Assembly: GCA_965204745.1 (NCBI GenBank) | Contig: OZ242010.1 | Location: 3,040,001-3,104,000, forward strand | Length of the DNA: 64,000 bases | Direction: 5' to 3' | Source of the DNA: Candidatus Latescibacterota bacterium | GTDB lineage: Bacteria; Latescibacterota; UBA2968 | Shown: piece by piece, positions 35,659 through 43,485 of the stretch | How the letters are laid out: each line of letters begins with the position of its first letter | Numbering within the stretch: position 1 is the stretch's first letter | Notes under the pieces: model-generated | Database searches by the model: none | Told to the model about the DNA's origin: nothing | Seen by the model: only the letters and a program-made list of their open reading frames with translations | Position numbers and translations under genes: made by a program

Positions 35659-36783
35659 ATGCCTTATGATATATCACAGGACAGACGAGATTGGTACCGA
35701 AAAATCTCTGCGCGATCCAGACAAAGAAAAAAAGCCGCAATCAACGGTGAATTGCAATACGATCTAAACGGGATCAATGAGCCTAGCCTCAAGCCAAAGA
35801 AACTGATGCCACGACAAAAGCCTCACGGCTTGAGAGCACTTTCTCTTTTTTCTGGTGGTGGCGGTCTTGACCTCGGTTTTGAACGCGCTGGGTTTGAACA
35901 TATTGCCAGTTTTGACATCATGGAAATTTGCGGCACGACACTGCGTCAAAACCGTCCGCAATGGCAGGTTCTCTGCGGCTCAAACGGCGATGTAACAAAA
36001 GCTGATTGGTCAGCATATCGAGGGCGCGTTGATCTCGTTCACGGTGGCCCTCCGTGCCAGCCTTTTTCCATTGCTGGAAAACAGAATGGGAATAAGGATG
36101 ATCGGGATATGTGGCCAGCGTTTATTCACGCTTTGCTGACGCTTCTGCCCGAGGTATTTGTCGCTGAAAATGTTCCCGGCCTGCTCGGGCCAAAATTCAG
36201 GCAATACGTCAATGAGGTCATTCTTGCACCGCTGACACCGCATTACCACATCATAACGTTCAAAGTCGTCGCATCTGACTTCGGCGTGCCGCAAATTAGG
36301 AAACGAGTTATTTTTGTAGGTTTTAGATCACCCAAAGTAGCCAATTTCTACAATATTCCGGAACCGACCCATCTGTCTATGGACAACTTGTTCCATTCTG
36401 GCAACCATACGATGGGGGCGAGGGCTGCATTGGGATTAGAAAACATCGGGTTTGATTGCTTCGCGCCTACCCTGCGATCTGGCTTCACCGGCCCTAGAAA
36501 ATCGACGAGTATCCTCAATAGCAAAGCAAGTCAAAAGGTGTGGGAAGAACTCCAGATTTGGCCTAACGGCGTGCAGAAGTCCAGAGAAGAGGCAATTAGA
36601 TTTCCGCCAGAGAACGGCCATTTCAGGCTTTCTGTCCAAGATTGCGCCCTTCTCCAGGGGTTTCCAAACGATTGGGTCTTTCATGGCGCGACTTACCAAA
36701 TACTCGGGCAAATTGGCAATTCCGTCTGTCCACCCGTAGGTTATGCCATTGCAAAATCCGTATCAGAAGCATTGGAGGTCTAA
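35659..36783 (+). CDS. DNA (cytosine-5)-methyltransferase
   Basis: LSLFSGGGGLDLG, GGPPCQPFS, ENV, GVPQIRKR, LQGFP, QIGNSV; lower GC. Confidence 0.95.
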   Translation: MPYDISQDRRDWYRKISARSRQRKKAAINGELQYDLNGINEPSLKPKKLMPRQKPHGLRALSLFSGGGGLDLGFERAGFEHIASFDIMEICGTTLRQNRPQWQVLCGSNGDVTKADWSAYRGRVDLVHGGPPCQPFSIAGKQNGNKDDRDMWPAFIHALLTLLPEVFVAENVPGLLGPKFRQYVNEVILAPLTPHYHIITFKVVASDFGVPQIRKRVIFVGFRSPKVANFYNIPEPTHLSMDNLFHSGNHTMGARAALGLENIGFDCFAPTLRSGFTGPRKSTSILNSKASQKVWEELQIWPNGVQKSREEAIRFPPENGHFRLSVQDCALLQGFPNDWVFHGATYQILGQIGNSVCPPVGYAIAKSVSEALEV

Positions 36784-37506
36784 ATGGCTGTCCAAGATGA
36801 TCGGCGGGAAAGAGAAATGTGTCAGATCATAGGGCTTAGAAAAGGAAAAGGCCGTTCTGATGTCGATGCTTTTTTTGATTTTGAGTTGCGTGGAAAAGTC
36901 TATTCCGCACCGATAGAACTCAAATCGACGACGAGTCATTCGGTTTCAACAGCGAGAGATGTGGGTCCCTCTCATATATCGAAATGGCGCGCTCGAATAT
37001 GGGTGTTCGGATTTTACAACCCATCTGGCAGAAAGCTACAAAAATTGCTCACACTTGGGCCTGATGATATGGAAGCGTGGATCGGAAAAATCGAGCGTTA
37101 TATGGCACCTGATCTTGCGATAGGAGAACGTATTGCAACCAAACTCACCATTGAAGATCTGCATATTATTTGCGGAGAGAAGCGCGAATACAGCCTGAGT
37201 GATGCACGGGCATTGCACAAGCGACAATGGCGGCAGGCCAAGTATGTTGAGGAGATGGATAATGCAACTGGCTACACGCCATTGAAAATGCTCGAGATAC
37301 TCAAATTGCGAGCCATTTATCTCAACCAACGCGGTTCGACTTTGAACAATCCGCATATACCTAGTTCGTTTTTTCAGCGGTTTAGTGACCGAATGATTGA
37401 CGTAATCCAGAGCGATGTTGCCGAAGTTGCAGACGCGGCACAAAAAAATATCCGCGGCATAGCTAATATTTTTGCACGGTCTCTTATTTTTAAGGATAGC
37501 ACATGA
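36784..37506 (+). CDS. Putative type II restriction endonuclease
   Basis: Abuts the C5-MTase; SDVDA..IELKST fits a PD-(D/E)xK motif; lower GC. Confidence 0.65.
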   Translation: MAVQDDRREREMCQIIGLRKGKGRSDVDAFFDFELRGKVYSAPIELKSTTSHSVSTARDVGPSHISKWRARIWVFGFYNPSGRKLQKLLTLGPDDMEAWIGKIERYMAPDLAIGERIATKLTIEDLHIICGEKREYSLSDARALHKRQWRQAKYVEEMDNATGYTPLKMLEILKLRAIYLNQRGSTLNNPHIPSSFFQRFSDRMIDVIQSDVAEVADAAQKNIRGIANIFARSLIFKDST

Positions 37507-38312
37507 AAACCGTCATTATCTCGGGGCGTTTCGACGACATGCGTGCGTGCGATGTGCGTTTTTTGGAAGAAGCCTCCAAATGCGGATGCGTTCACGCGCT
37601 CGTATGGGGCGATGACCTCATCAAAGCGCGCACCGGAAAAGGTCCCAAGTTTCCCGAAGCAGAACGCCTGTATATGGTCGAGGCGAGTCGCTATGTGCAT
37701 CGCGGAATGCGCGTTGCGGAATGGGCAGACGAGGACGGGTTGCCCCGCGAGGTCCATGCCGATATGTGGGTGGTGCATGAACGCGATCACACCCCGCAAA
37801 AACGCCGCTTTTGCGATTCGCACGACATCGCGTACCGCGTTTTGACCGCGAGCGAGACAATGGGATTTCCCGTTGCTGAAACAGGGATGCCCAAGTCCAA
37901 AAACAAAAAGGTCATCGTCACGGGTTGTTTTGATTGGTTTCACTCTGGGCACATCCGATTTTTTGAGGAAGTGTCCGAGTTGGGCGATCTGTACGTGGTT
38001 GTGGGGCACGATGCCAATGTCCGCTTGCTCAAAGGCGAGGGCCATCCCATGTTCAGCGCGCGAGAACGTTGTTATGTGGTGCAGTCCATCCGCTTTGTGC
38101 GACAGGGCCTCATTTCCTCTGGGCACGGTTGGATGGATGCGGCGCCGGAAATTGCGATAGTCAAACCCGATATTTACGCGGTGAATGAAGATGGCGACAA
38201 GCCGGAAAAACGCGCCTTTTGCCGCGACCACGGCTTGGAATACGTCGTCCTAAAACGCGCGCCCAAAGAGGGCCTGCCCCGCAGGGAAAGCACGATACTG
38301 CGGGGATTTTGA
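37503..38312 (+). CDS. Cytidylyltransferase-family protein with two tandem domains (first degenerate)
   Basis: ISGRFDDMRACD (HxGH lost) and VTGCFDWFHSGH; C-terminal RESTILR. Confidence 0.85.
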   Translation: MKTVIISGRFDDMRACDVRFLEEASKCGCVHALVWGDDLIKARTGKGPKFPEAERLYMVEASRYVHRGMRVAEWADEDGLPREVHADMWVVHERDHTPQKRRFCDSHDIAYRVLTASETMGFPVAETGMPKSKNKKVIVTGCFDWFHSGHIRFFEEVSELGDLYVVVGHDANVRLLKGEGHPMFSARERCYVVQSIRFVRQGLISSGHGWMDAAPEIAIVKPDIYAVNEDGDKPEKRAFCRDHGLEYVVLKRAPKEGLPRRESTILRGF

Positions 38313-38426
38313 CAGCCTGATGGCAACAGTTCATGCACGTCGCAACCGCGCTATTAACCCTAAAAATGCCCGAGTTCACTGCGAACCCGGGCTTGTGTTT
38401 TGGGCAGTCTATGGAGGCGCACCGCG

Positions 38427-38606
38427 TCAGATATCTCGCCGTACTGGAGGAGCCAAAATTGTTCTGGCACTTTTATTTTGTTTTTGTTTGGCATCTTTCA
38501 GGATGCGATCAATGTCAAAATCCATGGCCTTCGCCAGAGCAACCTTGATCCGTCGCGTTTCTCGGATAACCTCGTCTGTGGTTTGTTCTTTTGTCATCTG
38601 TCTCAT
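38427..38606 (-). CDS. Small putative antitoxin of the kind found after PIN genes
   Basis: DEVIRETRRIKVALAKAMDFDIDRIL pattern, directly after a PIN fragment. Confidence 0.55.
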   Translation of the reverse strand: MRQMTKEQTTDEVIRETRRIKVALAKAMDFDIDRILKDAKQKQNKSARTILAPPVRRDI

Positions 38607-38611
38607 AGCAG

Positions 38612-38848
38612 TCAATCTCCAAATAATTCTTCAGGCGTACAGAGAACTGGCAATTCGCAACCGCAATTGACCACGATTGCCCTGAGTTCTTTCATGAGGG
38701 TTGCATTGGCAATATGTCGGCAATTCCAAGTCAATAGAATGTCGATATTGTGAACAGCAGATACGGCAATATGAACTGCATCACGGATTGCCCTCTGCGG
38801 AAGTAAGCCGGAATCCATGATGGCCTTCGCAATATCAAGGATCGCGCA
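38612..38848 (-). pseudogene. 5'-truncated PIN-domain (VapC-like) gene
   Basis: Only the C-terminal half remains: AILDIAKAI..DAVHIAVSAVHNIDILLTWNCRHIAN..CTPEEL; further upstream the frame is antisense of the PcfJ gene. Confidence 0.75.
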
Positions 38849-40390
38849 ATGGCAACCGTTCTTTCCAATGAGATCGAATCGCATTTCAAAGCACTCGGCG
38901 TGGATTCGGTGGTGGCGTACAAATTGTGGTGCTATCGCCATGGGCTGGACACCGGGCTGGACAAGACCCCGGATCAGCGCGGGACGGAACTCGCCCTCGT
39001 GAAAGCCGAGCGACCCGATCCCGACATCGGCCCGCGACACAATGCCCACCGCGCCGAATTTATCGCGCGCATCTTCAAGGGCGAGCTCAAAAACGAAACG
39101 GTTTCGGATTTGCTCTTTCGCATTCGCGCGATGTACAACAACCTCGACGGGGATCCAGATGCACAGCAGGCACTCGGTCGCCTCGTGCTTCACGTTGAGA
39201 AATACGGCGACTTGATGCGGCCCGCACGCGCTTGCAAACGCTTTGGGCACACGGTTGTCAACACGTACATCGCGGCCCTCGAGCAACTCGCGCGCAACCA
39301 CGCCGATTGGATTCGGCCCGTGGAGGACTGGCGGCCTTATCGTTGGACATATCGGCGGCGCAGCAACAAACCCGCGCGCCAATTCAGACACCTCGCGCGG
39401 CACCTCTTGGCAAAATACGACGTGCCCGAGTTTTTTGACACCGCGTTCCTTCAGGGCAATACCCCACAGGCGCGGCAACAACAAGCGTGGTTCAAACACA
39501 TTGGCCTGGGTCAAAACATCCGCACAGCCGACGTGCCCATGCGGATTACAAAACGCATGGCCCATCTGCTCTTGCAACAGCGCGGCGCGCATCACACTAT
39601 CGTTCAAGCTCTTCGCAAGGTTCAGTACGAAACTTATGGCGGCAACCCGTCATCGGCGCGGGAACTCGCGCACGGGCCTTTGGGCGAGACACTCGATAAC
39701 GAAGATTTTTGGGCAACGGTCGTGCAATTCCTCGCCAATCAGCCCTTTCTCGACCACAGCTACCTCAACCCCATCATCGACTATATTCGCAATCAAAAAT
39801 TCACCCCTCAGCGCGTGCCGCAACCGGATGGCACAGAGGTCGAGGCGCCGCCGCTGCATCCCAATTTTTGCATGAAAGGCCGCAGCATCAACAAGCTCAT
39901 CCGGCAAGTTGACCTGTGGCATCAGGAACTCACGGGCATGGAGGATGTCGAGTTTGAGACGTGGCAATCCTCCGGCTTTCGAGAATTTGAACACGTCTCA
40001 TTGGATCCCGAAATAAGACGCAATATCCAGTGGACGGTTCACGAACTCATCACATCGCAACAACTCTACGCCGAAGGGCGCATCATGCACCATTGCGCGG
40101 GGTCTTATACCAAACGCTGCGCCGCGGGCGAAAAATCCCTCTGGTCACTCCGCGCGCTCGACCTCGACGCGGCAGAAGAACATCAGGTGCGGGAACACGT
40201 TCTCACCATCGAGGTCGATAACAAAAAAAAGGCCGTCGTTCAAAACGCCGGCAAATTCAATCTCAAACCCTTTGGCAAAAAACACATGGCCCAACAACGC
40301 AGGACGGGCAACATCTACCTGCACCTCCTCCGCCAAGCCCCCACCGTCATGCGCCTGTGGATGGACAGAGAAGGCTTGTCGCATGGGTGA
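38849..40390 (+). CDS. PcfJ-domain protein
   Basis: LARHLLAKYDVP, WFKHIGLGQNIR, C-terminal TVHELITSQQLYAEGRIMHHCAGSY..SLWSL..LTIEV. Confidence 0.75.
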   Translation: MATVLSNEIESHFKALGVDSVVAYKLWCYRHGLDTGLDKTPDQRGTELALVKAERPDPDIGPRHNAHRAEFIARIFKGELKNETVSDLLFRIRAMYNNLDGDPDAQQALGRLVLHVEKYGDLMRPARACKRFGHTVVNTYIAALEQLARNHADWIRPVEDWRPYRWTYRRRSNKPARQFRHLARHLLAKYDVPEFFDTAFLQGNTPQARQQQAWFKHIGLGQNIRTADVPMRITKRMAHLLLQQRGAHHTIVQALRKVQYETYGGNPSSARELAHGPLGETLDNEDFWATVVQFLANQPFLDHSYLNPIIDYIRNQKFTPQRVPQPDGTEVEAPPLHPNFCMKGRSINKLIRQVDLWHQELTGMEDVEFETWQSSGFREFEHVSLDPEIRRNIQWTVHELITSQQLYAEGRIMHHCAGSYTKRCAAGEKSLWSLRALDLDAAEEHQVREHVLTIEVDNKKKAVVQNAGKFNLKPFGKKHMAQQRRTGNIYLHLLRQAPTVMRLWMDREGLSHG

Positions 40391-40400
40391 TACGCTTCCC

Positions 40401-40492
40401 CCGCTCCACCACTAACCCTGCCGGGTGCGTTCCCAACCCATCGCCGCTCCGCCATGGGCGTGCCCAACCCACCGCTAACCCCGCCGGGTGCG
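40401..40492. repeat. Mosaic C-rich direct repeats
   Basis: ccaccactaaccctgccgggtgcg (40406) and ccaccgctaaccccgccgggtgcg (40469). Confidence 0.6.
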
Positions 40493-40534
40493 ACCTATTA
40501 GAGCGGTTTCATATCTTCTCGCAGAGATGACCGT

Positions 40535-41041
40535 TTAGCCCAAATAAGCATGCGGTTCCTTGTCTGGTTCTCTGGCTTTTAGCTTTTCGTCCTTGGTCCA
40601 AATATGCACTCGCCATGCCGATTCCCGATAGGTGGTGGTGCGTTTTTTGAGTCTGTCGGCTTCGTCAATCAAGGTGCTGTCGCTTAAACCAATGCCTTCG
40701 ATAACATGGTTATCGACAAAACGCACTATCAGTTTTTTGAGGGCACTGAGTTCTTGGGAGGGGATAATCGTCCACGGTACTGCTTTGTCGAGGCTAGACA
40801 GGATGTCATTTCGCAATTTCTTGGCCAATGACCGCCGTGCATTGCCATTAGAGACACCAGCGATGTGGTTGGCTAGTTCGTAGATGGACGGCACAGTAAC
40901 GTACAGCCGTGCGCCCTGTTTGACTGCGTCTTTGAAGCGGCTTCTTATCTCATCAACTGCTTCTTGGGTGGAGTGACCCGGAACAGCGTACAGTTCCAGC
41001 AAGTAGCTCGTATCGATCACGTAAACCGGCTGTGCTTTCAT
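40535..41041 (-). CDS. PIN-domain protein coupled to an ABC-type ATPase
   Basis: VIDTSYLLEL, SIYELANH, GLSDSTL, IWTKDEKL (PIN acidic residues); ATGA overlap. Confidence 0.75.
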   Translation of the reverse strand: MKAQPVYVIDTSYLLELYAVPGHSTQEAVDEIRSRFKDAVKQGARLYVTVPSIYELANHIAGVSNGNARRSLAKKLRNDILSSLDKAVPWTIIPSQELSALKKLIVRFVDNHVIEGIGLSDSTLIDEADRLKKRTTTYRESAWRVHIWTKDEKLKAREPDKEPHAYLG

Positions 41042-42318
41042 GGCATGGCCTCAATCCACGCCAGCATCTTTTTTTGTCTCTGTTCCTCGAACTCTGGCGC
41101 GACATATTGTTCAAGGACGCGGCGCGACACGAGATCTCCCAACTGCCCGCGCTCGAGAAGTTCATCGGACCTCGGCACCTGCATCAACTCCACCAAATCA
41201 GCGGCTTCCTTTTCCTTGCTCCAAGTGCAGAGAACGACCCCCTCTATCTGTTCGGCAGTCAAATTGTTCATGGTCGCAGGATTATGCGTTGTGACGAGCA
41301 CGCGCAGGTTGCGGCGTTTGATGGCTTTCTCGATTGCGGAGGTCAAAACGCCGACTCGACTTGGATGCAGGCCATTGTCAAACTCTTCCACAATCACACG
41401 CGAACCTTCTTGGGCCGTCTCCAAAGCCGTCAAAATAGCGAGGGTTCGCAAAGTGCCATCCGACAATGATCGGGCATCCACAGTATAACCCGTTCTTTCG
41501 CGCAACCCGAAAATCACATCGTCGAGATCGGTGACTGTAAAGATGAATTTTTCGTACGGTTCGTCCGGAAGTTGACGGATTTGAGACAGTAGCCTAGCCA
41601 ACGATTTTCGCTCGGCTTCATCGCCAACGGAAAGCGCGTAAAGCACTGCCGACAGATTCGCCCCATCCCGCGAGAGAACGCTGTTGCCGATGCGCTCGTA
41701 GCTGTGCATCAATTTCGGATTGGGATCAAAGACAAACGAAGCCTGCAAGTGGTTCATGACGATCTGCACCAACCGCATGCACTCTTTGAAGTTCTGATTC
41801 TTCTGCGCGATTTCTCGATACTGCGACAGAACGGAACGCTCTGACGAAGCCGCTATTTGGGGTTTCCTGCCGCCGCGGGCAAAGTTGTCGTATTTCACCA
41901 CCAAGTCACGCGATGCTTCCCAAGGGTTCTTGGGCAATGTTTCGTAGATTATGCGGTCACCGAATTCCAACCGCTCACGAAGTATTTGAGGATGCGGTTC
42001 GGTGCAAATGTGTAGGACGTAGTTAACGGGCTTGAACGCTCTGTGGAGCCTTATGCGAGCCGTAAAATTTAACGCGAAGGGTTCCTCGCCCATTCGCCCA
42101 CAACCTTGAAGTCCACCGCGAATTTGGATGCCCGTCGCGGCGCGCCCCACGTCGGCAATCTCGTAGAGGGGTTGTCCGCGTGCGACAAAGGAGAGCAACT
42201 CGATTGCTTCAATGACGTTGGTCTTTCCCGATCCATTTGGCCCGATTAGAAGCGTGAACGGTCGCAACAGATCAATGCTGGCCGCGTTGAATCCTTTGAA
42301 GTCAATGAGGTTGTGCAT
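41038..42318 (-). CDS. AAA_21-type ABC ATPase (no membrane domain)
   Basis: FKGF, LIGPNGSGKTN, IRGG, DGANLS, LSDGTLR, IVEEFDNGLHP, VTTHNP. Confidence 0.9.
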   Translation of the reverse strand: MHNLIDFKGFNAASIDLLRPFTLLIGPNGSGKTNVIEAIELLSFVARGQPLYEIADVGRAATGIQIRGGLQGCGRMGEEPFALNFTARIRLHRAFKPVNYVLHICTEPHPQILRERLEFGDRIIYETLPKNPWEASRDLVVKYDNFARGGRKPQIAASSERSVLSQYREIAQKNQNFKECMRLVQIVMNHLQASFVFDPNPKLMHSYERIGNSVLSRDGANLSAVLYALSVGDEAERKSLARLLSQIRQLPDEPYEKFIFTVTDLDDVIFGLRERTGYTVDARSLSDGTLRTLAILTALETAQEGSRVIVEEFDNGLHPSRVGVLTSAIEKAIKRRNLRVLVTTHNPATMNNLTAEQIEGVVLCTWSKEKEAADLVELMQVPRSDELLERGQLGDLVSRRVLEQYVAPEFEEQRQKKMLAWIEAMP

Positions 42319-42409
42319 GGGATAGCCTTATTTTTTTAATGGCTGATGGCTGAAAATTGGCTTTCAATATATACAAATGCACAGCGCGGAACAACTGCCT
42401 TGACGCAAC

Positions 42410-42450
42410 AAAAAAGGCCGTAAGCGGGCAAACCCTCACGACCTTTCTTT
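42410..42450 (-). terminator. Rho-independent terminator after the hsd-NDT operon
   Basis: Minus strand aaggtcgtgag..cttacggcctt hairpin followed by a T run. Confidence 0.6.
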
Positions 42451-42542
42451 TTCGGACTTCCAATTTTACCTGAAGAACACGGACATGCCCACGGTTACAA
42501 AATGGCGCGTGCTTTTTGACCTTTGATCGAAAATGCGAGCAT

Positions 42543-43475
42543 TTACTCCTGACTAAATAAATTCCGAGGCCCCATGCCCATAAGGGCCTCGATTCTGTTT
42601 TTCAATCGTTTAGCGAGTTCAGTTGGTTCGGTCCAGTCAATGCAGTTGTATTGGCGAATGTCGAAATGAAGGTTCTCGATGTCGTCCTTACGACAGGTCC
42701 AAATAACCTGTATGTTGAGCCCGAACGCAAATCCCGCCTCAAAATACACGCCTCCACGATGTCCGGTAAAATCGGCGACCAAGAATTTTGAACGCCGAAT
42801 CTCGGCAATGATCCGATCGTCGATCTTTCCAGCATGCTCTACCTCATCAATCCGCACAGGATCGTATCCCGCCTTTAGAATCCCCGCTTCAAATCCCTTT
42901 TCGTAGGCGTCTTGCATTGAATCGTCAAACCACATGGCGACAAACGCCTGAGTAGAAGCCGCTTCGCGTGCGTGCAATTCTTCGTACCTCTTATGGCCCT
43001 GAGACGTGATTCTATAGCTATGGCCTATAAGGTTTGCATCTAAGCAACCCTGATCGACAAGTAACCTGGCCAAGTAGTCTAAATCACCCAGATTTTTTGA
43101 ATAGGAAATCGCTTGAAGATCTAGACTGAGGGGGTTGATGATAACTTCATTGAGCGATTTATGATGGCGCACAGAGTAGATCAAAATGCGGTCTGCCCGT
43201 TCCAAAGGGCTTGGAATCGGCATTGTAGCAATGCGTTTGATCTGATCGCCATCTATTTCTGGAATCTCATTGAGCATGTTCCGCTCGCGAATCCAGGCGG
43301 CCAGCTTGACTTCGATTTCTGGCAAAGGTTCAGAATCGACCGGTTCAAGCCAAAATCGCCCGCAATGTGGACAGTCCTGGCGAATGCGGACGAGGCGCCC
43401 GTAGTCTTCAACTGGTTTACCTATTGTCTTCGCTTGCTCATTGCCACAGATTACACAAGGATGGTTTTCAGCCAT
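42543..43475 (-). CDS. Zn-ribbon + wHTH-like + nucleoside 2-deoxyribosyltransferase-like protein
   Basis: CVIC..CPHCG; YRITSQGH wing; QAFVAMWF..IRRSKFLVADFTGHRGGVYFEAGFAFGL..HFDIRQY; AAGGAG RBS. Confidence 0.75.
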   Translation of the reverse strand: MAENHPCVICGNEQAKTIGKPVEDYGRLVRIRQDCPHCGRFWLEPVDSEPLPEIEVKLAAWIRERNMLNEIPEIDGDQIKRIATMPIPSPLERADRILIYSVRHHKSLNEVIINPLSLDLQAISYSKNLGDLDYLARLLVDQGCLDANLIGHSYRITSQGHKRYEELHAREAASTQAFVAMWFDDSMQDAYEKGFEAGILKAGYDPVRIDEVEHAGKIDDRIIAEIRRSKFLVADFTGHRGGVYFEAGFAFGLNIQVIWTCRKDDIENLHFDIRQYNCIDWTEPTELAKRLKNRIEALMGMGPRNLFSQE

Positions 43476-43485
43476 CGTATTCTCC

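Noticed and set aside
38612-39607. 331 aa minus-strand ORF as a full gene
   Set aside because: Only the last ~78 codons are PIN-like; the rest is antisense to the PcfJ gene
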